Position numbers and translations under genes: made by a program. DNA of 46,290 nucleotides from assembly GCA_001825315.1 (NCBI GenBank), contig MHVR01000015.1, positions 1-46,290 on the forward strand, given 5' to 3'. Source of the DNA: Candidatus Zambryskibacteria bacterium RIFCSPHIGHO2_02_FULL_43_14 (lineage in GTDB: Bacteria; Patescibacteriota; Minisyncoccia; Phycocordibacterales; Zambryskibacteraceae). A model generated the notes under the pieces. It did no database searches and was not told where the DNA came from. It worked only from the letters and a program-made list of their open reading frames with translations. Within the stretch, counting starts at the first letter, position 1; the number at the start of each line of letters is the position of its first letter. Of the stretch, positions 17,398-28,018 are shown in pieces.

Positions 17398-20064
17398 TTA
17401 GAATTCCTCATATTGTGGATCAATATTGGCCCTAACAGTAATCTCTGGACAAGTGGTTTGAAATGGAGGAGAACTGGAATCGGTTACCGTTACGGAAACG
17501 CTTTTTTGACCTATAGTGTTGTAACTAATACTGAATGGATTGGTATCTGGAGAGGGGCCAGTTGGGATATCGGTTCCTGCCCAAGAATATATGTAAGGCG
17601 TGACACCTCCAGATACGTCGGCAGTCAAAGTGACTGTTTCGCCGAGGAATACTGTTGTTGGAGAAGCGACACAGGACACGATAAGCGGGTCTCCCAAGAC
17701 GACAAGGTCGAATTCCGTTGATTTATCGAGAGGGTAACCAGTAACAATAATGGGGTAAGTGCCTACATTTGTACTCGGAGAAACGGTAAAGGTAATAACC
17801 GAAGTGCAGGTCAAATTACAATCTTGGCCAGAAATGCTTGTGGTCACTCCAGGCGGCGCGCCAGAAACAGACAAAGAAATATTCCGCGCTGCGCCTGAAA
17901 CTAAAGTCTTTGTGATGGTATTTTGAGCGAAAGTATCACTGTCGGTCTTGATCACATTTGATGTACCTGAATCGGAGAGGGAATAATCGAAGGATTCATC
18001 GAACGCGGCGCAAATTGGATACAGACCGTTATAATCACTATTATCAATATATGCACCGTGCCACATTTCTGTACTGTAGACATCATTTGCTATCTGTAAA
18101 TTGGTATTAACAAGAGCAGTGACATAATCTTGGTCATCAGAAATATCTGGGGTAGAATCGGTGGATACTATGATATCACTGTCTTGATCGAGTAATTTAA
18201 GATAAAATTTTTCGTTTGGCTGATGTTGATAACCACTCCCTCCAGCGCCCATATGATGGTCGTAAGAAACTAATGTAATGTCATATTCTCCGGCAGGTAA
18301 AGGAGTACTGAATAAAAATGGACCTCCCATATGCGGAGCGAGAGCAGGTGAGCTGATTTCTTGATAAGGTTCGAAGGAAATGATCGTTCGTTTCGATTGC
18401 GGCGTAAGAGGGCATAAATTAGATCCGCTAACAAAATTCAAATTAAACGAAATGGATGTACCGCTTGGTAAGAATTGTGAAGAGACAGGTAAAATGGGAG
18501 AAATGGAATGCAAAATCGCGCCCGCCGGTCCACCACTGAAATAAGCCAATGTATAACTTTCATCTGCGGTTACATTATTATAAGTAAAAGGTACGAAAGA
18601 ATTACTGATATCTCCCGATGGACCTGATAAAGTGTAAGCCACAGTATCATTCCCGCTTATAGGCCATGGCTCTCCATCAAGTGTGGCACTAATTACGATA
18701 TTACCTTGTGCCGCAAATAATTCATCAGCTCCAATATCCCAAGCGACGCCGGACGGCCTTGAATTACCTTCAAAATCGCTTGAAATTGGAATATTGGGAT
18801 CACTAATTAAATTGATACCTTTGTCTAAGGCCTTAGTATCGCTAGGAGACAGGTGAAAATCCTTTCCAGCTTTATTTACAAAAGATACGGTCGTATTATT
18901 TTGAGGATTTGAGCCAGGCGCGTCATTTTGATTTGAAATATTGTTGCTTGACGACAAATCAAAATTACCTCGGTAACCGGCCCCGTCATAACCAGAACTA
19001 GCATCTTGAACGATATTATTTTTCGCAACGATATTGGCTTCGGAAGAATGATTACTTATACCATATGGAATATTAATGACCGTATTGTTGTATAGATATA
19101 CGACTCCAGAAACACTACCATATATAATTCCGAACGAAGAACCATAATTTGTTCCACGCAAATCATAAACTAAATTGTTCCAAATTTTTGCCAAAACATA
19201 TGTATTAGTATAGCCAACGTGAATACCAGTAACAAAATTCAAAATTTGACCTGTTATTATATTGTTACTGAATTCAACCCACCCACTGGCAATGTAAGAC
19301 GCTTCAATTCCCTTATTGTCATCGTTTGAAGAAATTATTTTTATCTGCAGACCATCAACTTTGACGTATGGAATATATGTTCTTATTGCCGCAGTACTAT
19401 TATTATCCGGACTGAAAATCAGACTGTATTTTTGATCGTTCCATTTTCCATCATGCCTCTGGCTTGAATTAACCTCACTCGTCGTATTTGTAGGAGTGTA
19501 AATCTTAATATAATTGTTTGGACCTGTATTAAAATAATTGATCAGAATTCCCGCATATATCCCCCCTCCGTTAAAATACTCCGGACCAGTGTCATAATAA
19601 AGTGGGATATTTAAAATATAATTTCCAGCTACAAGATCAAGAGTACCAAGGTGATTGGCATCGCTTGATTGATTCCCTTTATAAATACTCATTGCGTTAT
19701 CAAGTGAATCGAATTCATGCCGAATGGAATTTACAATCTCGTCCGTAGCATCTGGAGGAATATCGCCGTTAACCGTAACTACGTTCCATTGAGTTTGGGA
19801 AATTTTGCCAGAAATAAAAACCTTCTGATTACCTTTGTAGGTAACTCTATCTCCTACCCCCATATTAGCTGCCGTCTGCGCTACACTGAAAGTGGCGACC
19901 CCGTTTGCAATAGAAATATTCAGCGGCGTTCCAGTTTTATGGTCATTCGTATTTTGTCCAACGGAATAAAAAACTTGTTTTGTCGTAGCCTCGGCATCGG
20001 TTGGCATCGCATACACACCGATGACGCAAATGACTACCAATATTATTTTCAGTAGATGTTTCAT
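17398..20064 (-). CDS. large secreted protein with a beta-helix-like core and a C-terminal PKD/Ig-like domain; no dockerin
   Basis: 888 aa with signal peptide MKHLLKIILVVICVIGVYAMPTDAEA. It has beta-helix-like N-rich repeats in the middle. The C-terminal end reads VASPTTVFLGETVTLTADVSGGVTPYIYSW...QKSVSVTVTDSS, which is PKD-like. It has an ATGA overlap with the upstream gene. Confidence 0.75.
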   Translation of the reverse strand: MKHLLKIILVVICVIGVYAMPTDAEATTKQVFYSVGQNTNDHKTGTPLNISIANGVATFSVAQTAANMGVGDRVTYKGNQKVFISGKISQTQWNVVTVNGDIPPDATDEIVNSIRHEFDSLDNAMSIYKGNQSSDANHLGTLDLVAGNYILNIPLYYDTGPEYFNGGGIYAGILINYFNTGPNNYIKIYTPTNTTSEVNSSQRHDGKWNDQKYSLIFSPDNNSTAAIRTYIPYVKVDGLQIKIISSNDDNKGIEASYIASGWVEFSNNIITGQILNFVTGIHVGYTNTYVLAKIWNNLVYDLRGTNYGSSFGIIYGSVSGVVYLYNNTVINIPYGISNHSSEANIVAKNNIVQDASSGYDGAGYRGNFDLSSSNNISNQNDAPGSNPQNNTTVSFVNKAGKDFHLSPSDTKALDKGINLISDPNIPISSDFEGNSRPSGVAWDIGADELFAAQGNIVISATLDGEPWPISGNDTVAYTLSGPSGDISNSFVPFTYNNVTADESYTLAYFSGGPAGAILHSISPILPVSSQFLPSGTSISFNLNFVSGSNLCPLTPQSKRTIISFEPYQEISSPALAPHMGGPFLFSTPLPAGEYDITLVSYDHHMGAGGSGYQHQPNEKFYLKLLDQDSDIIVSTDSTPDISDDQDYVTALVNTNLQIANDVYSTEMWHGAYIDNSDYNGLYPICAAFDESFDYSLSDSGTSNVIKTDSDTFAQNTITKTLVSGAARNISLSVSGAPPGVTTSISGQDCNLTCTSVITFTVSPSTNVGTYPIIVTGYPLDKSTEFDLVVLGDPLIVSCVASPTTVFLGETVTLTADVSGGVTPYIYSWAGTDIPTGPSPDTNPFSISYNTIGQKSVSVTVTDSSSPPFQTTCPEITVRANIDPQYEEF

Positions 20065-20549
20065 CGGTTTAAATCTACATGATTTATAATAATGTTAGAC
20101 CTATCGGTGGTTTTTACAGAAGAGCGAATGGTAATATTGATCGCTTCTGCTGCCTTCTTAAGATATAAGGATGAAATCAGGTCACCTTGAGAAGAATTGA
20201 TAATCTGCCATTTATTGTCCGTGGCCCATTTGGTGTAGAAATCGTAATTTGCCTCTGGATTTTTTGACGAAATGAATTCAACTGTGAATTGTACGGCTAA
20301 AGAGCCGGGATATGTAGCTGAATAAGATCCAACAATTTCAATTTTTGAGTTTAAAACCAATTCTTTGGGAAATCCTTCCGCTACTTCTTTTGGATTGGCC
20401 CTAACTATAGTGGGAACCGTTATGTTGTCGGTTTGAGACTGAATATTACGTTCATTTGTTCTGTTGATATTGTTTCGAACTAACAAAACAACAGCAACCA
20501 ATATAAAAATACCGATGGCAAAATAAGCATAATTTTTCCATTGTTGCAT
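20061..20549 (-). CDS. N-terminally anchored membrane protein of unknown function
   Basis: The ORF track extends to 20615. The ATG at 20549 gives MQQWKNYAYFAIGIFILVAVVLLV (a TM anchor). It is coupled by ATGA to the 888-aa gene. Confidence 0.6.
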   Translation of the reverse strand: MQQWKNYAYFAIGIFILVAVVLLVRNNINRTNERNIQSQTDNITVPTIVRANPKEVAEGFPKELVLNSKIEIVGSYSATYPGSLAVQFTVEFISSKNPEANYDFYTKWATDNKWQIINSSQGDLISSLYLKKAAEAINITIRSSVKTTDRSNIIINHVDLNR

Positions 20550-20654
20550 ATCACCATTCCTCAAGCCCTCAATCATAATGAATATGATATCAAATTGTAA
20601 ATAAAAGATATCCACACAAACAAGAAATCACATATCAGTCGCATATCCTTACTG

Positions 20655-20726
20655 AGCCGGAAGAGAGAATCGGACTCTCGACCTCCATCTTACCAAGATG
20701 GCGTTCTACCACTGAACTATCCCGGC
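20655..20726 (-). tRNA. tRNA-Thr (anticodon GGT)
   Basis: Reverse complement: GCCGGGA TA GTTC AGTGGTA GAAC G CCATC TTGGTAA GATGG AGGTC GAGAG TCCGATT CTCTC TTCCGGC T. Confidence 0.85.
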
Positions 20727-20795
20727 AGTTCGAAATAACGGCTCTAATCTTATAGAATTTTAAGTCTTTTTGCAAAACAACACTTGATTGCACCC

Positions 20796-21164
20796 CTATT
20801 CTGATTTGTTTCTTTGGGAAAGGAAGAGTAGGGCGAGAGGTGCTCCCCAATTGGCAAAACGTTCTATGAAATCCCATATTGGCGCTCCGACAATCGGACG
20901 TACCAAGGCCGTCCAGAAACCCCAAAACACAGCCCACAAGAGAACAGGTTTAATGGGCCTAAAAAGTACTATGAGAGCTACGATAACGTCCGCAATTCCC
21001 ACCAACATAAGGAGGGTCGTAGCGATGTTAGGGTCGTTGACGCCAAACTTAGCAAACCACCCCACCCAATCTGCTTTGCCTTGCAGGGCCAAGACTCCAT
21101 GACCCAAAAATTCTCCAGCCACTCCGATACGCAGGGCCCAAATAGCTTTTTGTGTATTAGACAT
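20796..21164 (-). CDS. small integral membrane protein (possibly DoxX-like)
   Basis: 122 aa with 3-4 hydrophobic helices (IGVAGEFLGHGVLAL, LLMLVGIADVIVALIVLF, LLWAVFWGFWTALV). The family assignment is from memory only. Confidence 0.55.
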   Translation of the reverse strand: MSNTQKAIWALRIGVAGEFLGHGVLALQGKADWVGWFAKFGVNDPNIATTLLMLVGIADVIVALIVLFRPIKPVLLWAVFWGFWTALVRPIVGAPIWDFIERFANWGAPLALLFLSQRNKSE

Positions 21165-21222
21165 ATTTTTATCTTTATTATTAAATACTATTACATTATA
21201 CTCTTAATTTCAATTTATAATT

Positions 21223-21405
21223 TTACCAGTCGCTCTTATCTCTCACCTCCCTCACTGCAGCTTGATTCGGGTCTTCGTCCAGTTCAATATGACCACCTAC
21301 TGCTAGCCACTTATCATATTTATCGTGCTTTCTTATTAGCACTTTGTCTTTGTAAACTACAAAAATATCGACCGTAAAATCAATTTTCTCGTGAATATGT
21401 GGCAT
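21223..21405 (-). pseudogene. truncated Nudix hydrolase (N-terminal 60 aa only)
   Basis: The ORF ends inside the Nudix box: GGHIELDEDPNQAAVREVRDKSDW then a stop. The expected REx2EExG continuation is missing. AT-rich sequence follows. Confidence 0.55.
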
Positions 21406-21477
21406 GGGAAAAGTATATCATCTCTAGATCTCGTAGATATGTGGGCTTTTTATGTCTTAAATTATAGTTTTATTTAT

Positions 21478-21497
21478 ATAGTAACATATGTTACTAT
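21478..21497. promoter_or_regulatory. perfect 20-bp palindrome, candidate operator of the HTH-Doc operon
   Basis: atagtaacat|atgttactat lies 6 nt upstream of the ATG at 21504. Confidence 0.45.
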
Positions 21498-21503
21498 ACG
21501 ATT

Positions 21504-21758
21504 ATGGATAAAAAAATGTACTCTACAGTAGAAGCGGCTGAGATACTGCGTTTAAGTCGTATAGAAGTCTTTAGAAAAATAAAAAGTAGGAAAATAAAAG
21601 CCGAGAAGGTAGGTAGAAATTATGTTATTGCCCATGATGACCTTATTGAGGCATTGGGAAAGGTGGTTGGCTCATCAAAAAGGGAGAAAATAGAAAAAGC
21701 GGTTAAAAAAGCGGTAAAAGAATACAGGAATACATTTAAGAAATTTGCTGAGGAATGA
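21504..21758 (+). CDS. excisionase/MerR-like HTH DNA-binding protein, putative antitoxin of Doc
   Basis: 84 aa. YSTVEAAEILRLSRIEVFRKIKSRKIKAEKVGRNYVI is a typical excisionase-family HTH. It has a 4-nt ATGA overlap with the downstream Doc-like gene. Confidence 0.7.
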   Translation: MDKKMYSTVEAAEILRLSRIEVFRKIKSRKIKAEKVGRNYVIAHDDLIEALGKVVGSSKREKIEKAVKKAVKEYRNTFKKFAEE

Positions 21759-22186
21759 AGATTAAACCCATTACAATAGCGGAAGTCGAGTTTACTGCTT
21801 TTTCGCTGGCAAAAGAACTCATGACTTGGAACGAGCCTATTCCTGAGTTTGGAACAAGATTCCCAAACATCTTAGAAAGTTGTCTTGGAACTCCCTTTAC
21901 CAGATTCAGTAGGAAAGATATGTATAGAGGTTTGGTTGGGAAAGCTAGCATTTTATTTTATTTGATGATCAAAAATCATCCATTTCAAAATGGAAATAAA
22001 AGAATTGCAGTTATGACCTTATTGGTATTTTTGTCCAGTAACGATAAATGGATCAGAATGTCACAAGACGGTTTATATAACTTTGCTGTTGGTGTAGCTA
22101 AAAGTAAACCAATTTCTAGAGAAAAGGTTTTAGGAAATATCTATAACACTATAAAAAAGTACTTAGTGAATTTTAACGACACTTAA
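21755..22186 (+). CDS. doc: Fic/Doc family toxin (Doc-type motif)
   Basis: 143 aa. HPFQNGNKRIAV matches the Doc signature H.F.[DN][AG]NKR. Confidence 0.75.
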   Translation: MKIKPITIAEVEFTAFSLAKELMTWNEPIPEFGTRFPNILESCLGTPFTRFSRKDMYRGLVGKASILFYLMIKNHPFQNGNKRIAVMTLLVFLSSNDKWIRMSQDGLYNFAVGVAKSKPISREKVLGNIYNTIKKYLVNFNDT

Positions 22187-22258
22187 TGATGATGCGCGGG
22201 CTAGTTTGCCCCGTGATCACGTAGTGATTTACGGGGGCGGATGATGTTAGAACTAGGA

Positions 22259-22540
22259 TTATAATCTCTTAGTAATTTTCTGATAGACCACAGAGCGATG
22301 CATGATTGCTAAAATATAGACTTTGTTTCTATGTATTTTAAAAACAACACGATAATCCCCAACACGAAGTTTTCGATAGCCCTTAAGAGACCTGCGTAGT
22401 GGCTTCCCGTAAAAGTCAGGAGCCGTGGTAAGTTTTTCTTCTATCGCGAATCTAATTTTATTCCGCCAAACTAAGGGAAGACTTACGATATCTACTTTTA
22501 CTACTTTGGCGTGATAGGAAATCTCAAAATTTACCGCCAT
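22259..22540 (-). CDS. type II toxin, RelE/ParE family
   Basis: 93 aa. It has the typical C-terminal LKGYRKLRVGDYRVVFKIHRNKVYILAIMHR. It overlaps the upstream antitoxin gene by 10 nt. Confidence 0.75.
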   Translation of the reverse strand: MAVNFEISYHAKVVKVDIVSLPLVWRNKIRFAIEEKLTTAPDFYGKPLRRSLKGYRKLRVGDYRVVFKIHRNKVYILAIMHRSVVYQKITKRL

Positions 22541-22752
22541 GCAACTTTGTGAGAAACAAATTTGGTAGACGAACTATCCCGACCTTCGGCGATAGTATTT
22601 AGAATATTATCCTCCTCAATTTCAAGAGCAGAACGAAGTAGATGCTCCGCTTTCGTCGCTTGCGGCACTTGATCACGTCTAGCAAGTTTTATGAGAGCGT
22701 TATCAAGCTCTTTTGAGATGCTTATATTAATGCGTTTCTTTGTTGTAGGCAT
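22531..22752 (-). CDS. ribbon-helix-helix (CopG-like) antitoxin
   Basis: 73 aa. KKRINISISKELDNALIKLARRDQVP fits an RHH beta-strand plus helix. It lies upstream of, and overlaps, the RelE/ParE gene. Confidence 0.65.
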   Translation of the reverse strand: MPTTKKRINISISKELDNALIKLARRDQVPQATKAEHLLRSALEIEEDNILNTIAEGRDSSSTKFVSHKVAWR

Positions 22753-22803
22753 ATATGCAAGTGTATCAGAAGTGTATCAGTTGTCAACGACACCTTTTGG
22801 ATG

Positions 22804-22877
22804 CGCGAGTGATGGGACTTGAACCCACGGCCTCTTCCGTGACAGGGAAGCGCTCTAACCAGCTGAGCTACACCCGC
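22804..22877 (-). tRNA. tRNA-Asp (anticodon GTC)
   Basis: Reverse complement: GCGGGTG TA GCTC AGCTGGTTA GAGC G CTTCC CTGTCAC GGAAG AGGCC GTGGG TTCAAGT CCCAT CACTCGC G. Confidence 0.85.
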
Positions 22878-22905
22878 ATTATGCAATTCTATCAGAATTG
22901 CCTTG

Positions 22906-22976
22906 TGCCGGTGAATGGAATCGAACCATTGTTTAAGGCTTATGAGTCCTCCGTTCTACCATTGAACTACACCGGC
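22906..22976 (-). tRNA. tRNA with CAT anticodon, elongator-like (Met, or Ile2 if lysidine-modified)
   Basis: Acceptor GCCGGTG/CACCGGC is fully paired. The D stem GTTC/GAAC gives Y11:R24. The anticodon loop is CTCATAA and the T arm is AATGG-TTCGATT-CCATT. There is one A-G mismatch at the top of the anticodon stem. Confidence 0.7.
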
Positions 22977-23059
22977 CCTACTTCGCCAAGGCTTCGCAGG
23001 GCGAGCAAGTGTCAAATACTATAGTATGAAATATGGCTTTACTCAACAGATAAAAATTG

Positions 23060-23130
23060 TTGCGGGACCAGGACTTGCACCTGGGGCTGAAGGTTATGAG
23101 CCTCCCGAGATACTACTTCTCCATCCCGCT
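23060..23130 (-). tRNA. tRNA with CAT anticodon, initiator-like
   Basis: Fold: AGCGGGA TG GAGA AGTAGTA TCTC G GGAGG CTCATAA CCTTC AGCC CCAGG TGCAAGT CCTGG TCCCGCA A. The 1:72 pair is mismatched (A-A) and 11:24 is A:T, as in bacterial initiators. The unusual T loop (TGC instead of TTC) lowers confidence. Confidence 0.6.
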
Positions 23131-23171
23131 ATAAACCGCTATCATACTATATTTTTCATTTTTATACAAAA

Positions 23172-23855
23172 TTAAATTATTCCAAACTCTCTGAACACTT
23201 TTTCGAATAGAGCAATAATACGTTTTGTCTCGCGCTCATTTAATTGAAAAGCGTCGCCTGAATGAGCGACGACATTTCTTACTTTATGCGCTTCCCAAGC
23301 ATCTTCGATTGTTAAAAATTCATTTTTATTAACTGATTTAAGCATATCGCCAATAGATTCTCCAACATAACCAAGAGCATATAGAAGTTTCTCAAGCATC
23401 ACATCGGCCTCGATAATGGCTAATCGCCAGTCTGAAGAATTGTCGGAGTTTGTGTATTCCATAACTTTCTTCCACTGTTCATTTTTTGGCTCTACGGCTT
23501 CATTCTCATCTGAAATAGAATTTAGAGGAAAGGGATTGTAAATTTTATTTTCTTCAATATCAATGGCTCGAAGTTTCCAAAAGCTATAAACAATACCGGA
23601 GAGGGTAAGCGCGCTTAAGATGGCTGCCACAATCTTCCAAACTGGCCAGATGTGTTCGAGAAAATATTCCCAAAGAGAATTAGGGGCACCCAAGTCTAGA
23701 CTTTCTAAATAAGCGAACAAAGCGGAAACAATCGCTCCGAGAAGGAACAGGCCGGCGAGTAAAAAAGTTATTTGTTCAACAGTACTGCTGTTACTACTGC
23801 CTCCAGACGGTTTTGTTGGTTTCGTTGATTTCGCTGATTTTTTCTCTTCTGCCAT
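23172..23855 (-). CDS. membrane protein of unknown function with a cytoplasmic helical C-terminal domain
   Basis: 227 aa. It has a K/S-rich N-terminus and two TM segments. The C-terminal end reads WRLAIIEADVMLEKLL...AHKVRNVVAHSG. No family is recognised with certainty. Confidence 0.65.
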   Translation of the reverse strand: MAEEKKSAKSTKPTKPSGGSSNSSTVEQITFLLAGLFLLGAIVSALFAYLESLDLGAPNSLWEYFLEHIWPVWKIVAAILSALTLSGIVYSFWKLRAIDIEENKIYNPFPLNSISDENEAVEPKNEQWKKVMEYTNSDNSSDWRLAIIEADVMLEKLLYALGYVGESIGDMLKSVNKNEFLTIEDAWEAHKVRNVVAHSGDAFQLNERETKRIIALFEKVFREFGII

Positions 23856-23864
23856 AGTTATATT

Positions 23865-25157
23865 TTATTCCCCAAAAAATTCTTTACCAGCGACAAATAA
23901 ATTATCTTCTCGTCCTAGATCGGCAGTAAGTTCAATCCCCAACGGCAGTTTATCTGAAAATCCTGACGGTAGTGAAATAGCTGGGCAACCGCTGATATTG
24001 GCATGGACGGTAAATATATCCTCAAGATACATCTCGAGCGGGTTATTACTCTTCTCTCCAATCTTCCATGCTGGCGATGGAGTGGTGGGAGTAAGCATCA
24101 GATCCACTTCTCTGAATAATTCCCTTAACTCTCTAGTTATCATGCGGCGCGCTTCGTTGGCTTGACCATAATACTCATCATAATAACCAGATGAAAGCAC
24201 ATAAGTACCGAGTATAATCCTGCGACGTACTTCTTTGCCAAAGCTCGCTCCGCGGGTTTTGAAATAATCGTCTATACCATCTTTACCCTCAACATGAAGT
24301 CCGTACTTGATTCCGTCGAAGCGTGCAAGGTTAGATGAGGCTTCCGCAAGCGCGAGAATGTAATAAGTTGGCAAAACATATTTTAGGTTAGGAGGATTTA
24401 CGTCTACGATCTTGTACCCTAATGATTTAAATTTCTCAACAGACTCGATCAGATTCTGCTTTACTTCAGAACTCACACCCTCGCTTTCGACAAAACTTCT
24501 TGGCACACCGATTGTTTTAGAGAACTTCTTAACTACAGGGTAAGTCTCATCAGATATAGTGGTGCTGTCCATCTTGTCCTGACCTTTGATAACTTTATAA
24601 AGAATCTCTGCTTCTGTGACAGTCTTAGCAAGCGGACCTATCTGGTCGAGAGATGAGCCATAAGCCATAAGTCCGTAGCGCGAGACCCTGCCATAAGTAG
24701 GTTTGAGTCCTACCACTCCGCAGAATGCGGCTGGCTGGCGGATCGAGCCACCAGTATCAGAGCCAAGCGCTATATCAGCCATACCTACTGCTACCGCGGC
24801 AGCCGAGCCGCCAGAACTCCCACCTGCCACATGTTTAAGATTGTAAGGATTCTTGGTCACATCGAAAGCCGAGTTTTCGGTAGAACTACCCATGGCGAAT
24901 TCGTCCATATTGGTACGGCCAATGATGACGGCTCCAGCCTCCTTAAGTTTCTTTACGACGGTGGCATCGTAAGTAGCAAAGAAGTTTTCTAGAATTTTAG
25001 AGGCAGCACTTACCTTATGCCCATCGAACAAGATGTTGTCCTTGATGGCTACAGTTTTACCACTTAAAAGCCCATTGCCGTACGACTTCGGATTATTGAA
25101 CACTTCGAGGAAGGCGTGGATGTCCTTATCTTTGACTCTGATCTCGTCTGGTATCAC
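23865..25157 (-). CDS. gatA: Asp-tRNA(Asn)/Glu-tRNA(Gln) amidotransferase subunit A
   Basis: 430 aa with the amidase signature [12 protein letters not shown] and [29 protein letters not shown]. It has an ATGA-type overlap with gatC. From memory, it is shorter than typical GatA (about 485 aa). Confidence 0.9.
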   Translation of the reverse strand: MIPDEIRVKDKDIHAFLEVFNNPKSYGNGLLSGKTVAIKDNILFDGHKVSAASKILENFFATYDATVVKKLKEAGAVIIGRTNMDEFAMGSSTENSAFDVTKNPYNLKHVAGGSSGGSAAAVAVGMADIALGSDTGGSIRQPAAFCGVVGLKPTYGRVSRYGLMAYGSSLDQIGPLAKTVTEAEILYKVIKGQDKMDSTTISDETYPVVKKFSKTIGVPRSFVESEGVSSEVKQNLIESVEKFKSLGYKIVDVNPPNLKYVLPTYYILALAEASSNLARFDGIKYGLHVEGKDGIDDYFKTRGASFGKEVRRRIILGTYVLSSGYYDEYYGQANEARRMITRELRELFREVDLMLTPTTPSPAWKIGEKSNNPLEMYLEDIFTVHANISGCPAISLPSGFSDKLPLGIELTADLGREDNLFVAGKEFFGE

Positions 25158-25441
25158 AGGATTTTCTTTACTCTAATGTAATTTCCTTCCCTAGCTGGCG
25201 CTTGTCCTAAAATATTTTCGGTATAAAAACTTGTTTCATGTGGATCCTTATCATTCCGCATTATATTCCGAATTGGAAAGCTATCAGCTTTTAGTTTTAA
25301 GTTGTCAGCTTTTGAAACTCCCTTCACCTCTCCGACATAACCAAGAATAGCATCAAATTCGTGGGATAAACTTTCCGCTTCTTCATATCCTATCTCAATT
25401 CTTGCCAATTTGGCTAAATCTAGAACTTTTTTCGCATCCAT
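25154..25441 (-). CDS. gatC: Asp/Glu-tRNA amidotransferase subunit C
   Basis: The ATG at 25441 gives MDAKKVLDLAKLARIEIGYEEAESLSHEFDAILGYVGEV, which is GatC-like (95 aa). The longer ORF-track version (a TTG at 25567) runs through a terminator hairpin and is rejected. Confidence 0.85.
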   Translation of the reverse strand: MDAKKVLDLAKLARIEIGYEEAESLSHEFDAILGYVGEVKGVSKADNLKLKADSFPIRNIMRNDKDPHETSFYTENILGQAPAREGNYIRVKKIL

Positions 25442-25448
25442 GCGGTAG

Positions 25449-25457
25449 ATTTTAACA
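25449..25457 (-). promoter_or_regulatory. extended -10-like box (TGtTAAAAT) 7 nt upstream of the gatC ATG; possible leaderless transcript
   Basis: The minus strand reads ...tttttttgTGtTAAAATctaccgcATG. There is no SD and no room for a 5' UTR between the terminator and the ATG. Confidence 0.3.
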
Positions 25458-25458
25458 C

Positions 25459-25496
25459 AAAAAAACGGACGGGGAGCTGGGAAGTTCCCCGTCCGT
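25459..25496 (-). terminator. intrinsic terminator (11-bp GC-rich stem plus a T7 tract on the minus strand)
   Basis: acggacgggga (25465-25475) pairs perfectly with tccccgtccgt (25486-25496). A run of 7 A on the plus strand (25459-25465) equals a T-tract after the hairpin on the minus strand. Confidence 0.75.
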
Positions 25497-25652
25497 CCGT
25501 TGCCTCTGATAGAGTCGTTTCTTCCTCGCTGGCAGCGGGGAGTAAGATCGTTCTCTCTCGTCGGCAACTAGCTCAAGATCCTATAGCACAGAATTGCCAA
25601 GCATACGACCGAAAGATATCTCGGCCGTCCCCTTTTTCTGTCCTACAGAACC

Positions 25653-25865
25653 TCAGGAATCTTCCGGAAACTCGACGAAATCTCTTCGAATCGCGAATGG
25701 TCCTCCTTTGGTTCTGGTCAAATCACCGGGGTGTACGAATACCTTGTCCGTGGTGACATCGACGACGCGAAATTCCTGCATCGGCAGTCCCAGCTGGACG
25801 AACTTTCGCCCAAACTGATCCCACTTTTTGTCCGAAACCCGAGCCACTTTAAAGTTGTTCACAAC
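25653..25865 (-). CDS. small orphan protein in a GC-rich insert
   Basis: The ORF track gives 25653..25862, but I read the codon at 25862-25860 as TGG. The in-frame TTG at 25865 lies 4 nt after a GGAGG. The protein (M)WNNFKVARVSDKKWDQFGRKF... matches no family I recognise. Confidence 0.4.
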   Translation of the reverse strand, partial: VVNNFKVARVSDKKWDQFGRKFVQLGLPMQEFRVVDVTTDKVFVHPGDLTRTKGGPFAIRRDFVEFPEDS

Positions 25866-25996
25866 AGACCTCCGACGACAACGAACAGTTGATAAGAGAG
25901 TGGAGGGTACGTCGAACTCTTATCGGGCGGGCCACGCGACTTCATCCCATTGAAGCACCTCCTGTCCTAACTACGTCCAGCGAAATTGTATCTTAT

Positions 25997-28018
<2,022 letters not shown>

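Noticed and set aside
20635-20937. ORFs overlapping tRNA genes (20635..20937, 22755..23024, 40844..41116).
   Set aside because: Their sequences are read through tRNA cloverleaves (Thr, Asp/CAT and Ser). They have no protein motifs and are spurious.
22193-22808. A short direct repeat, gatgcgcg[ga]g, at 22193-22202 and 22799-22808. It flanks the RelE/RHH cassette and could be att-site remnants.
   Set aside because: Only 9-10 nt match, and the second copy is simply the 3' flank of tRNA-Asp. This is too short to distinguish from chance.
25442-25567. An N-terminal 42-aa extension of the gatC ORF, from a TTG start at 25567.
   Set aside because: The extension is R/G/P-rich nonsense. It is translated through an 11-bp GC hairpin plus T-tract terminator. 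GatC homology begins at the ATG at 25441.
25860-25865. The ORF-track start of the 69-aa ORF at 25862.
   Set aside because: In my reading the codon at 25862-25860 is TGG, which is not a start. The nearest in-frame start is a TTG at 25865. I report the ORF at low confidence and cannot resolve the discrepancy without tools.
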